From a virus: DNA of 64,000 nt. How positions within the stretch are numbered: position 1 is the stretch's first letter; each line of letters begins with the position of its first letter. The DNA lies in IMG/VR virus record IMGVR_UViG_3300028800_000005, positions 1 to 64,000 of that record. The stretch is one strand, 5' to 3'. Under the pieces are notes generated by a model that was not told where the DNA came from, ran no database searches, and worked only from the letters and a program-made list of their open reading frames with translations. Of this stretch, positions 1 through 9,183 are shown in pieces. The translations under genes were made by a program, and so were the position numbers.

Positions 1-2
1 GC

Positions 3-155
3 GGCTGGGAGCATGAGGGCCAGGTCTACCTGGACGCTTCCCAGAAGGTTTCCCGGGCCAAGCAGGCGACGCGGCTAGGCAAGAACCGTAACCAGATCTC
101 CGTCTGGGACAACAAGAACATGAAGGAAATCCCCACGGGTGGTACCGGTGAGTGA
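3..155 (+). CDS. 3' end of hypothetical phage protein (partial, runs off window start)
   Basis: Open frame GWEHEGQVYLDASQK...NQISVWDNKNMKEIPTGGTGE*, with TGA at 153-155 overlapping the next gene. Confidence 0.7.
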   Translation, partial: GWEHEGQVYLDASQKVSRAKQATRLGKNRNQISVWDNKNMKEIPTGGTGE

Positions 156-531
156 GCGGTACAATCAGTGGCTGTCTGACCGTGGCGCGCAGGAGAACCT
201 TTCAAAGCCGCAGTTCTACCACGGCAGCGCGGACCACTTCGAGACCGGGGACACAATAGACCCGGGCAAGCCGTATGAGCGTGTCGGCCCCGAGTCCATG
301 CCAGGGCAGGCGTACTTCACCACGGACAAGGTCAGGGCTAGCTTCTACGCTGACCGGGCCTCAAAAAAGCGAGGGACCCCGCCCCGCGTCTACCAGGTCG
401 AACCGCAGGGTGATTACCGGCAGGACCGGATGACCAGGCGGTCCCCGGAGAACAAGGTGACGTCCTCGCCCCTGAAGGTAGTTGGCGAGGAGCCGCGCGT
501 AGACTGGCAGAAAACGCACCACGTGGTCTAG
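148..531 (+). CDS. Arr (rifampin ADP-ribosyltransferase)-like NAD+-dependent ADP-ribosyltransferase
   Basis: Motifs FYHGS..F..GD.I.PG, AYFTT, RVYQVEP.G..D and PLKVVGE match the Arr-type ART fold. GTG start at 148 overlaps the upstream stop. Confidence 0.7.
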   Translation: MSERYNQWLSDRGAQENLSKPQFYHGSADHFETGDTIDPGKPYERVGPESMPGQAYFTTDKVRASFYADRASKKRGTPPRVYQVEPQGDYRQDRMTRRSPENKVTSSPLKVVGEEPRVDWQKTHHVV

Positions 532-597
532 TCCGATTCGACAAGCCGGGCTGACTGGCATAACCTGAGTAAGTCACTACAGGGGAGGACAAGGCAC

Positions 598-2115
598 ATG
601 GCTACTGAGGCCGAGCGGAACAAGCAACTTCGCGAGTCACTGGTGAAGGCGCGGGAAATCATCCAGGAGCAGCAGAAGGCGCTGGATAACCTGATGCAGC
701 CACCGAACACCCTTGCGGTGTTCACCCGCTGGTTCAGTGAGACCGACCGGCTGGCTGTCGTGAATACCGGTGGCCGGGACATGCGCGTCCCGGTGGCTGA
801 GGAGCTGCTGCCGTTCGTCGGCCAGCGCGTCCTTATGTCACCCGAGGGTAATGCGGTTATCGGCCTTGACGAGTACCCGGTCCACGGAACCGTCGCCACG
901 TTCGACCATGTCCTGGAAGACGGCCGACTATACGTCACCACGAACATGGACACCGGGCTTGTCGTCACCAGGTCTAAGTCCTTGCAGGGCCAGGAGATAA
1001 AGTCGGGCTCCGTCCTTATGCTGGACGAGAAGTCCGGCATTGCCATTGACGTCATCGCCGGGCCGGACGAGACCCAAGACCTCATGCTGGAGGACGTCCC
1101 AGACGTATCGTATGAGGACATCGGCGGGCTGGACGAGCAGCTACAGCAGATCCACGACTCAATCGAATTGCCGTACCTGCACGCCGACCTCTTCAAGAAG
1201 TACCACCGCCGGGCCCCGAAGGGCATCCTCCTCTACGGTCCCCCCGGGTGCGGGAAAACCCTCGTCGCTAAGGCAGTGGCTAATAACCTCGCCAGGAAGT
1301 CCGGCCGGGACAAGGTGCACTTCCTGAACGTCAAGGGCCCCGAGCTTCTGAACAAGTGGGTCGGTGAGACCGAGCGGTCAATCCGGGATGTGTTCGCTAA
1401 GGCCCGGGAGCTTGGCTCCGAGGGTGACCCCGTGGTTATCTTCTTTGACGAGATGGAGTCAATGTTCCGCCAGCGCGGAGCGGGTATATCCAGTGACGTC
1501 GAATCGACTATCGTTCCTTCTCTCCTCGCGGAGATGGACGGAGTCGAGGGACTGCACAACGTTATCGTCATCGGAGCGTCGAACAGGCAGGATCTTATTG
1601 ACCCCGCTATCCTCCGACCTGGTCGCCTGGACGTTAAGATCATGGTCGGTCGGCCGGACAACAAGGCGGCCTACGCCATCCTGGAGAAGTACCTCACCGA
1701 CGACCTGCCGTACGCGGAGCCTATTTCTCTTGGCACGATCATCGACGAGATGTACGCCGAGACCAAGGCGACGGAGTTCCTGGAGGTCACCTACCAGAAT
1801 GGCCAGAAGGAAATACTCCACTTCAAGGACTTCTCCTCCGGCGCGATGATCGCATCGATTGTCGACCGCGCGAAGACCTCGGCTATCAAGGACGAGCTTG
1901 AGGGCAAGGCTGAGGGTATCACCCTGGCCCACCTTATCTCGGCAGTGGCCGACGAATTCAAGGAGAACGAAGACCTTCCGAACACGTCGAACCCCGACGA
2001 CTGGGCGAAGATCTCCGGCAGGAAGGGCGAGCGTATCGCGCACGTACGTCCCCTCCTGCGCGAGGAGGATGACAAGAAGGGCACCACTACTATCGACACG
2101 GGACAGTACCTATGA
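598..2115 (+). CDS. arc: Proteasome-associated AAA+ ATPase (ARC/Mpa family)
   Basis: N-terminal coiled coil ending QPP, OB-type interdomain, EDVPDVSYEDIGGL, Walker A GPPGCGKT, Walker B IFFDEME, SRH SNRQDLIDPAILRPGRLD, NEDLPNTSNPDDWAKISG, C-terminal GQYL. Confidence 0.95.
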   Translation: MATEAERNKQLRESLVKAREIIQEQQKALDNLMQPPNTLAVFTRWFSETDRLAVVNTGGRDMRVPVAEELLPFVGQRVLMSPEGNAVIGLDEYPVHGTVATFDHVLEDGRLYVTTNMDTGLVVTRSKSLQGQEIKSGSVLMLDEKSGIAIDVIAGPDETQDLMLEDVPDVSYEDIGGLDEQLQQIHDSIELPYLHADLFKKYHRRAPKGILLYGPPGCGKTLVAKAVANNLARKSGRDKVHFLNVKGPELLNKWVGETERSIRDVFAKARELGSEGDPVVIFFDEMESMFRQRGAGISSDVESTIVPSLLAEMDGVEGLHNVIVIGASNRQDLIDPAILRPGRLDVKIMVGRPDNKAAYAILEKYLTDDLPYAEPISLGTIIDEMYAETKATEFLEVTYQNGQKEILHFKDFSSGAMIASIVDRAKTSAIKDELEGKAEGITLAHLISAVADEFKENEDLPNTSNPDDWAKISGRKGERIAHVRPLLREEDDKKGTTTIDTGQYL

Positions 2116-2717
2116 TCTCCACGCCACCACCGCCACCGCCGCCAGCGTCTGTCACCACCAGTAACTGGGCCGGGTACGAATGGAAAGGTAACGACGTCGC
2201 TGCCGCCGAGTTCACCATCCCGAACTTCCCTTACAGCAGCATGAATTCCGCCGAGAAGGAAAACCACTCGGCCATGTCAATATGGACCGGACTTCGTGCG
2301 TACCCTTACATCGAGCAGATAGGTATCTACGACTACGTTTCAAATGGCAAGGTCGGATGGGCTGGCTTCTGTGCCTTCTGGCCGACGTCGAACGTTAGCT
2401 GCGGACACGGGATCTCTACCGGGGACAAGATGGCGGTTTCCGTCCACAGGTCCGGGCTGACTTACACGATGTCCATGCGCGACTACGGCCCGCACAACAC
2501 CTGGTCGGTCAGCATCAAGAAGACGCTAACCCACGCCGACAGCACGGCGGTTGTCATCGCGGAGGATTCAACCTACCCGCAGTACTCACCCGTGAACCTG
2601 ACACACTTCGATTCGTTCGTGGCCACCACGTCCGGTGACCCGGTGCTTGAGTATGAAAGCCCCTGGGGATACGCGGTGAAGACCTCAAGCAGGTCAGTTA
2701 CGATCGCGCACAAGTAA
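2112..2717 (+). CDS. G1 family glutamic peptidase (eqolisin/Peptidase_A4-like)
   Basis: TSNWAGY N-terminal motif, candidate catalytic Gln in IWTG...IEQIG, candidate catalytic Glu in TAVVIAED, preceded by a poly-Pro tract. Confidence 0.7.
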   Translation: MISTPPPPPPPASVTTSNWAGYEWKGNDVAAAEFTIPNFPYSSMNSAEKENHSAMSIWTGLRAYPYIEQIGIYDYVSNGKVGWAGFCAFWPTSNVSCGHGISTGDKMAVSVHRSGLTYTMSMRDYGPHNTWSVSIKKTLTHADSTAVVIAEDSTYPQYSPVNLTHFDSFVATTSGDPVLEYESPWGYAVKTSSRSVTIAHK

Positions 2718-2744
2718 CAATCCAGGCCCCGCAAAATATATCCT
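2717..2744 (+). promoter_or_regulatory. Putative late promoter ACAAT-N17-TATCCT upstream of terminase
   Basis: Same architecture recurs at 4410, 11013 and 17602. Confidence 0.55.
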
Positions 2745-2779
2745 GATTACGGACCCCCCTCCGGAATCGGGATATATTT
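2734..2779 (+). promoter_or_regulatory. 20-bp hairpin ending at -1 of terminase ATG
   Basis: AAATATATCCTGATTACGGA-cccccc-TCCGGAATCGGGATATATTT, with one mismatch and one G-U pair. Confidence 0.75.
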
Positions 2780-4399
2780 ATGGGCGCACTTGACGAAGAC
2801 TTTGAGCTAGATCAAAGCGGTGAGACCAAAGAGGAAAAGCAGCTCCGCGAGGAGACGCAGGTCATTGTCACCGCCGCCCAGCAGGCGCGGGTAAACCTTC
2901 TGGTCGACAAGCTCATGCTACTCACGGACGAGCTGTCCGGTAACCCCCTGCGTGAGTACCAGGTCCCTTTCGGCCGGAGGATATTCGAGTCCCTTATCAT
3001 CGGGGACGGTGCCCGTATCACGGCCCTGTTCTCTCGGCAGTCAGGCAAGACGGAGACGGTCGCTAACGTCATCGCTGTCGCCATGATCTTCCTTCCCCGG
3101 CTGGCCCAGGTCTACCCTGATTTCATGGCCCTCGGGAAGTTCAAGAAGGGGCTCTGGGTCGGTGCGTTCGCCCCGGTGGAGGACCAGGCGGACACGCTGT
3201 TCGGCCGTATCGTCGCGCGCCTCTCAAGCTCTGAAGCCGAAGAGTTCTACATGGACCCGGAGATTGACGACCGGATCGACGGGCACGGTAAGATCGCCAC
3301 CCTGAAGAAGTGCGGTTCGTTCGTTCGCCGGATGACCTGCCACCCGAAGGCGAAGATCGAGTCTAAGACCTACCACCTGATCCTTATCGACGAGGCGCAG
3401 GACTCGCACTCGAAGACGGTCAAGAAGTCGGTTAACCCGATGGGCGCGTCGACCCGCGCGACCCACGTCTGGACTGGCACGCCGACGTACACCAAGAACG
3501 TGTTCTACGACCAGATCCAGAAGAACAAGCGTAAGGCACTTCAGCGCGGTCGGAATAAGCAGAACCACTTCGAGGCTAACTGGCGTGAGGTCGCCCGTTG
3601 CTTCCCGACTTATAAGGCCTCGGTCGCTGACGACATGGAGACCATGGGCCGGGAGTCTGAGGAGTTCCTGCTCAGTTACGAGCTGAAGTGGCTGCTTGAC
3701 AAGGGCCAGTTCACTACCTCCGAGAAGTTCGAGGAGCTGGGAGATAACCGCGTCCAGGCCCTGGAGCACACCTGGTTCCGGACCCCGGTGGTCGCGGGAA
3801 TTGACTGCGGCCGGAAGCAGGACAAGACGATCGTCACGATCGTCTGGGTCGACTGGGACCACCCGGATGAATTCGGGTTCTTCGAGCACCGGGTCATTAA
3901 CTGGCTTGACCTTGAGGGAGTCGAATGGGAGGAGCAGTACTTCCAGATATACGACTTCCTGCAGGGATATAAAATCGAGGCTGTCGGAGTCGACATCGGC
4001 GGTATCGGTGACGTGGTAATAGGCCGGTTGAAGACGCTCATGCCGAACGTGAACTTCGTCGAGTGCGGGGACGCACCTGGTGAGCAGTCGGCCCGGTATA
4101 AGTGGCTCCAGCAACTGATGCAGCGCCGTCGTATTATCTGGCCAATGGGTGCTAAGGTTAAGAGACTGCGCGCATTCCGGAGGTTCCGTCAGGAGATGGA
4201 AGACGCCGAGATGGAGTACAAGGGCCATAACATGAAGGTCGCGGCCCCGGACGATAACGACGCGCACGACGACTACGTCGACTCCCTGTGCAACGCGGTG
4301 GCCATGACTATCCCGAAGCAGGATCAGAAGCAGGACGAGACGGTACGCGTCTATGACAATTTCATTTTTCGGCCCTCTCGCCGTGGTTGGCAACGGTAG
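2780..4399 (+). CDS. terL: Terminase large subunit
   Basis: Walker A SRQSGKT, Walker B ILIDEAQ, coupling motif TGTP, RNase H-like nuclease GIDCG...D and HDDYVDS. Confidence 0.93.
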   Translation: MGALDEDFELDQSGETKEEKQLREETQVIVTAAQQARVNLLVDKLMLLTDELSGNPLREYQVPFGRRIFESLIIGDGARITALFSRQSGKTETVANVIAVAMIFLPRLAQVYPDFMALGKFKKGLWVGAFAPVEDQADTLFGRIVARLSSSEAEEFYMDPEIDDRIDGHGKIATLKKCGSFVRRMTCHPKAKIESKTYHLILIDEAQDSHSKTVKKSVNPMGASTRATHVWTGTPTYTKNVFYDQIQKNKRKALQRGRNKQNHFEANWREVARCFPTYKASVADDMETMGRESEEFLLSYELKWLLDKGQFTTSEKFEELGDNRVQALEHTWFRTPVVAGIDCGRKQDKTIVTIVWVDWDHPDEFGFFEHRVINWLDLEGVEWEEQYFQIYDFLQGYKIEAVGVDIGGIGDVVIGRLKTLMPNVNFVECGDAPGEQSARYKWLQQLMQRRRIIWPMGAKVKRLRAFRRFRQEMEDAEMEYKGHNMKVAAPDDNDAHDDYVDSLCNAVAMTIPKQDQKQDETVRVYDNFIFRPSRRGWQR

Positions 4400-4409
4400 T
4401 AGATCACTA

Positions 4410-4437
4410 ACAGTTGTCGTACACCAAAAGGTAGGCT
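4410..4437 (+). promoter_or_regulatory. Putative promoter ACAGT-N17-TAGGCT; leaderless start of the EndoVII gene
   Basis: -10 hexamer ends 6 nt before ATG 4444, no SD present. Confidence 0.55.
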
Positions 4438-4443
4438 ACGGGT

Positions 4444-4983
4444 ATGGAAGAAAAACTCTGCCCAAAGTGCAAGCGCAAGCTACCCGTAGACAGGTTCTCG
4501 AAGGACAGCCGACGTAAGGATGGACATCAGCCGTACTGCAAAGACTGTAACAAGGTGTACTACGACGAGCACCACGATACTATACTTGCAGGTAGAGCGA
4601 AATACTACCGGGATACCCTATACGACAGGCTAACCTGGCAAGCCGAGTACCGGGCCGAACATCGACCATCCGCTATCGCCGCCGCGAGATTTTGCAATAA
4701 AGGAATTACAGCGGAGCGGTACCAGGAAATGTGGGATGAACAAGGCGGCTTGTGTGCCATCTGCAAGAAGCCGGAAACGGCAATGGTGCACGGGACCCTA
4801 AAGCAGCTAGCAGCAGACCATGATCACTCCTGCTGCCCTGGCAGAAAATCCTGCGGTAAGTGCTTTCGCAAGCTGCTATGCTCCCACTGCAACGTTGCCC
4901 TGGGAATGGTTCACGACGACATAGAGGTTCTGGAGAATATGATCGAATACTTGAAGACCTCAAAGCGAGCATGGTCGAGGTAA
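4444..4983 (+). CDS. Endonuclease VII-family (His-Me) free-standing endonuclease
   Basis: N-terminal CxxC...KDG...CxxC module; QGGLCAIC...DHDH...C.RKLLCSHCNVALG. Confidence 0.88.
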   Translation: MEEKLCPKCKRKLPVDRFSKDSRRKDGHQPYCKDCNKVYYDEHHDTILAGRAKYYRDTLYDRLTWQAEYRAEHRPSAIAAARFCNKGITAERYQEMWDEQGGLCAICKKPETAMVHGTLKQLAADHDHSCCPGRKSCGKCFRKLLCSHCNVALGMVHDDIEVLENMIEYLKTSKRAWSR

Positions 4984-4986
4984 TTC

Positions 4987-5589
4987 ATGAGTGGTGAGAC
5001 GGAGAACGCCGTAAGCGGCTGGACTACTGATACCCTTAAGTCGTACATGGAGGCACAGATAACCTCCCTGCGCTCTGCCCTGGACGAGCGTTACGCGACG
5101 CAGACTAAGGCGACGGACGCCGCGTTCGTTGCTCAGCAGACCGCTATGCGTACTGCGTTCGACGCGGCGGACAAAGCAGTCCAGGCCGCGCTTGCTGCGG
5201 CCGAGAAAGCAGCCAAGAAGGCAGAGGACGCAGCCGACAAGCGATTCGACGCGGTTAACGAATTCCGTGGTCAGCTCGCTGACCAGGCGGCGACACTCCT
5301 TTCCCGCGTGGAGTACCAGGCACAGCACACGTCGACCCTGGAGAAGATCGAGCTTATCAATTCCCGGCTAGCCGAGCTGGACAAGATGGTAGCTACGGGG
5401 GCCAGCAAGTCGGCCGGGGCGCAGTCCGTCACCGGTACGGGCTACGAGGCGTCAGTGTACAATCAGAACAACAGGCTCGCGACGGCTGCCCGTGCCAAGG
5501 TCACCATAAGCCAGCTCATCGCCGCCATGGCAATTGTCGCTGCTATCATCGGACCCGTCCTTATCGAGATCCTTAGCCACAGCCACTAA
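4987..5589 (+). CDS. Coiled-coil protein with C-terminal transmembrane helix
   Basis: Ala/Lys/Glu heptad-rich body, hydrophobic C-terminus LIAAMAIVAAIIGPVLI. Confidence 0.7.
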   Translation: MSGETENAVSGWTTDTLKSYMEAQITSLRSALDERYATQTKATDAAFVAQQTAMRTAFDAADKAVQAALAAAEKAAKKAEDAADKRFDAVNEFRGQLADQAATLLSRVEYQAQHTSTLEKIELINSRLAELDKMVATGASKSAGAQSVTGTGYEASVYNQNNRLATAARAKVTISQLIAAMAIVAAIIGPVLIEILSHSH

Positions 5590-5640
5590 CCGGCGGCCTG
5601 TTTCGCGGTAAACTGAATTGAGCGAGCGCGAGGAGTCCTA

Positions 5641-6537
5641 ATGACGATGCCAGGCCAGCCCTACCAGAATTCGTGGGACGACGGCGAGGGTGACGTCTAC
5701 GACCCGCAGCATAACCGGACGGATAACTTCCTTGCCGCGTGGTACACGCGCGGGTACACCGCCCACCTCGGCGCTAACGGGGAGATGGTCTACACCCCGC
5801 TTATCGCGTCGACCCCGGCGAACACGGACTACGCCTCCCTGCCTTCCGCGATCGGCACCTACACCGAGATCCACCAGCAGTACTTTAACCCGGACCATGA
5901 CCCGCTCGGCGGGTTCCTGACCTTCATGCCGAGCGACAGCTTCACGTACACGGCGGACGGGGTTTCCTACCGGGTCCCCCGGCGGCTGAGCGGGACGGAG
6001 ACGTGGCCTAGCCTGGACTCCGGTGTCTCCCCCTGGGCATTCTCCATGGAGGGCTCAGGCTGCATCTACATCTGGCTGGGCTTCCTTGTCGTTAAGCTGT
6101 TCCCGACAGACATCGATTCGATCGTCACTGACTCCGGGAACCCCCTGACGTACCACGTCATCGAGCATTTCCAGGAGGGGCGGGAATTCGACATTACCGT
6201 TCCGTCCTCGGACACGGCCCTGGACCTGACTGCTGACTGCATGATTGACGGCAGCATGAGGCCTTACCAGTTCGACCCCGTGAACCCGCTTGGGATGCTG
6301 GACGCCCTGGAGCTTCAGTCCGTCACGACTTCTTCCCCGCCCGCGACGGTGCGGACGTACCTGTTCCCGGCGGCTACGAACCTCTGGGTTGCCACGCATA
6401 ACTTCCCGTACCTTCCTTCCGTCACCTGTGTCGATGATACCGGGCACCTTATCGAGGGCACGGTCTCCTATCCGACTTCGACGACCGTCCATGTTGAATG
6501 GGCCTCGTCTGTCTCCGGGAAGATGGAGCTTCGTTAA
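5641..6537 (+). CDS. Putative virion structural/fibre-adaptor protein
   Basis: SD GAGGAG; C-terminal W..THN....PSV...D..G..I.G.V.Y domain typical of phage fibre-associated proteins. Confidence 0.6.
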   Translation: MTMPGQPYQNSWDDGEGDVYDPQHNRTDNFLAAWYTRGYTAHLGANGEMVYTPLIASTPANTDYASLPSAIGTYTEIHQQYFNPDHDPLGGFLTFMPSDSFTYTADGVSYRVPRRLSGTETWPSLDSGVSPWAFSMEGSGCIYIWLGFLVVKLFPTDIDSIVTDSGNPLTYHVIEHFQEGREFDITVPSSDTALDLTADCMIDGSMRPYQFDPVNPLGMLDALELQSVTTSSPPATVRTYLFPAATNLWVATHNFPYLPSVTCVDDTGHLIEGTVSYPTSTTVHVEWASSVSGKMELR

Positions 6538-9176
6538 TGGCTGAATTCCTGGACACCGTTAACTTCAACCATATTCCGGTAGAGGGGCTTGCCCCGTACG
6601 CGGGAGAGGACCCGCCTGACAGTCCCGCTGGCGGGGAAACGTGGTACCGCCCGTCGACCGGCGACCGGCTTTTCTGGGACGACCACATTAATACCTGGGT
6701 CGTAGGTAACCAGGGCCCGGCCGGAGCTACCGGCCCTACTGGGCCCCAGGGTCCGACTGGCCCGCAAGGTGTCCAGGGGTCCCAGGGGTCGACTGGTCCT
6801 CAGGGTCCTACCGGTGCAACCGGAGCTACCGGCGCTACGGGTCCCCAGGGACCGCAAGGTGACGCTGGCGCTACCGGGCCTGCTGGCCTAGAATGGCGCG
6901 GGGTATGGTCCAGTGCAACCAGCTACGTTCCTGATGACGTGGTGTTCTACAGCGGCTCCGCGTACTTCTGCCTGCTGGCGAATACGAACGTCAACCCGGT
7001 GGGCCACCCGACGACATGGGGGACCCTTGTAGCTGAGGGTGCTACCGGCCCGCAGGGGCCAACTGGCGCGACCGGGGACACTGGTCCTCAGGGTCCTACC
7101 GGGCCTACCGGTGCTACCGGCCCTACCGGGGCACAAGGCATCCAGGGGACCACGGGGGCAACCGGCAGCACTGGCGCTACTGGAGCGACGGGACCCCAGG
7201 GACCGACCGGGGCGACCGGCTCTACCGGCGCTGCGGGTAACACGCTCCTGTACGGCTCTGGAGCGCCCAGTAACGGCACTGGGGTTGACGGGAACTTCTA
7301 CCTGGATGATGTGACCTGGAAGATCTACGGGCCGCGTGCGTCCGGTGTGTGGCCGTCTGGGACGTCTATCATCGGGCCAACGGGAGCCACGGGTGCAACC
7401 GGGGCCACGGGCAGCCAGGGTATCCAGGGAATCCAGGGAGCTACCGGTGCGACCGGGGCACAAGGCATCCAGGGAATTCAGGGTGCGACCGGGGCGACTG
7501 GTGCTACTGGCCCGTCTGGGAATACTGTCGGGTCTGGCTCCGGGTCTCCGTCTAGTGGCACCGGAGTGCAGGGTGACTTCTACATCGACACCACGGCCTG
7601 GAACGTGTACGGCCCGAAGGGCAGCAGCACGTGGCCGTCCGGTGTGTCACTTATCGGGCCTCAGGGATCGACCGGCGCGACCGGTGCAAGCCCGGTCGTA
7701 GCCCCTGTCCTCGGTCGCCCGACTACGATCGGGTTCCTGAACGTGAACGGTACCACCGGAAACTTTGCCGTTACTGAGGCGACGCGCGCAGGCGAAGCCA
7801 TTATCGTTGAAATTCTGACGACCAGCTCCGCGACCATCGGCGTGTCAGATGACTCGGCTAGCGGTGGGAACACCTACACGCAGGTAGCTGCTGTAGCTGC
7901 CGGGACTTCTTACCTGTACGTATTCGTATCGAATACCGTTAACGCCCTGACGACCTCCAACCATATAACAGTTACGTCCTCGGGTAGCCAGGTGTACACC
8001 TTCGTCGCTTACTGGACTCCCGGTTACTGTGGTACAACGGATGCTACGGTGGCTACCGCCTCCGGAACTTCTAACGCCCCGTCCGTTTCCAGCGGGGCAA
8101 TGTCCGTAGCTAACGACCTTGAGTTCCTGTGTTACTTTAACAATGCCGGGACTAACCTGAATGCGGCTCCCTCAGGGTGGACCGCCCTGGGGACGAACTT
8201 TGACGGGACCTTGGTAGCGGCACCCTACTATAAGCAGGCGACTTCGCTTTCCTCCGACACGGCGACGGCGGGCTACGGCAGCTCAATAACCTGGTCGGCC
8301 GCGCTTGTCACACTGAAGCCGTATGTCCCCCGGGTACAGGTTTCGGCAATTAGCCAGGTGGCTGCCGACATACAGCCTTCCCCTGGGACACGGACGTCCG
8401 GAGCGTCCGGATACCTGGCTGATGCCTCACATATTCACGGGCAGCCGTCCGTGTTCGCCCCAACAGGACTTACCGGGGCGACAACCGCTACCCGCTACGT
8501 CGGGGGCACCGCGTCGGGGTCACCGGCATCGGGAACCTTCGTAACGGGTGACTGGATTGTCGACCAGACTGGAGTCAAGTGGGTCTGCACCGCAGGCGGG
8601 ACACCAGGAACATGGCGTTGTGATGCAGGGGTTAACGTAATGACGCACCCGATTACTGGAACCTTCCTGGAGAACGTGCCCTGGGCTCTCCTGTCGAACT
8701 CGATAACATGCGGGTCCGGGAACCTCTACCTATTTCCAGTTCCGCTACTACCAGGAATGGTTGTCACTAACCTGACCATGATTGCTAGCGGTGGCGGGGC
8801 AACATACACGAACCGCTGGGGCGGTATCTTTAAGTGGAATAGCGGGACACCGATGCAGGTCGCGCACACGGCCGACCAGTTGACAACTGCGGTGTCCTCT
8901 GGCACAGTTTACACGATTCCCCTTACCTCCGCTTATACCGTTCCCACTACCGCTGAATCGTACTTCGTCGGCTTCTGCCAGGTAGGGTCGGCCCTTTCTA
9001 CCTGGTTCGGAAGTTCTAGCTGGGGTGGTAACGGGACGAGTCTGGGGGGCGTAACTGCCCTGCAGAAATTCCTTCCAGGGTACAAGAGCAGTGTCACCGG
9101 CCCGGGTACAGACGGATCAACGACAGACGCTATAGGCGCGTACATTACGGGGCAGCCGTACATAGCGCTCAGTTAG
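6537..9176 (+). CDS. Collagen-like fibre protein with CBM5/12-like module
   Basis: Several Gly-X-Y tracts (GPTGATG); [20 protein letters not shown] module; ATG 6537 overlaps upstream TAA, so preferred over 6498. Confidence 0.85.
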   Translation: MAEFLDTVNFNHIPVEGLAPYAGEDPPDSPAGGETWYRPSTGDRLFWDDHINTWVVGNQGPAGATGPTGPQGPTGPQGVQGSQGSTGPQGPTGATGATGATGPQGPQGDAGATGPAGLEWRGVWSSATSYVPDDVVFYSGSAYFCLLANTNVNPVGHPTTWGTLVAEGATGPQGPTGATGDTGPQGPTGPTGATGPTGAQGIQGTTGATGSTGATGATGPQGPTGATGSTGAAGNTLLYGSGAPSNGTGVDGNFYLDDVTWKIYGPRASGVWPSGTSIIGPTGATGATGATGSQGIQGIQGATGATGAQGIQGIQGATGATGATGPSGNTVGSGSGSPSSGTGVQGDFYIDTTAWNVYGPKGSSTWPSGVSLIGPQGSTGATGASPVVAPVLGRPTTIGFLNVNGTTGNFAVTEATRAGEAIIVEILTTSSATIGVSDDSASGGNTYTQVAAVAAGTSYLYVFVSNTVNALTTSNHITVTSSGSQVYTFVAYWTPGYCGTTDATVATASGTSNAPSVSSGAMSVANDLEFLCYFNNAGTNLNAAPSGWTALGTNFDGTLVAAPYYKQATSLSSDTATAGYGSSITWSAALVTLKPYVPRVQVSAISQVAADIQPSPGTRTSGASGYLADASHIHGQPSVFAPTGLTGATTATRYVGGTASGSPASGTFVTGDWIVDQTGVKWVCTAGGTPGTWRCDAGVNVMTHPITGTFLENVPWALLSNSITCGSGNLYLFPVPLLPGMVVTNLTMIASGGGATYTNRWGGIFKWNSGTPMQVAHTADQLTTAVSSGTVYTIPLTSAYTVPTTAESYFVGFCQVGSALSTWFGSSSWGGNGTSLGGVTALQKFLPGYKSSVTGPGTDGSTTDAIGAYITGQPYIALS

Positions 9177-9183
9177 GAACATA

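Noticed and set aside
598-2115. Host chromosomal pup-proteasome operon flanking a prophage
   Set aside because: Neighbours on both sides are phage-type genes and no dop, pup or prcBA follows
6710-7690. Short nucleotide repeats resembling a CRISPR array or DGR repeats (also 36280-36450)
   Set aside because: They are Gly-X-Y collagen codons with third-position variation. There is no constant repeat/unique spacer pattern, reverse transcriptase or adenine-specific variant pair.
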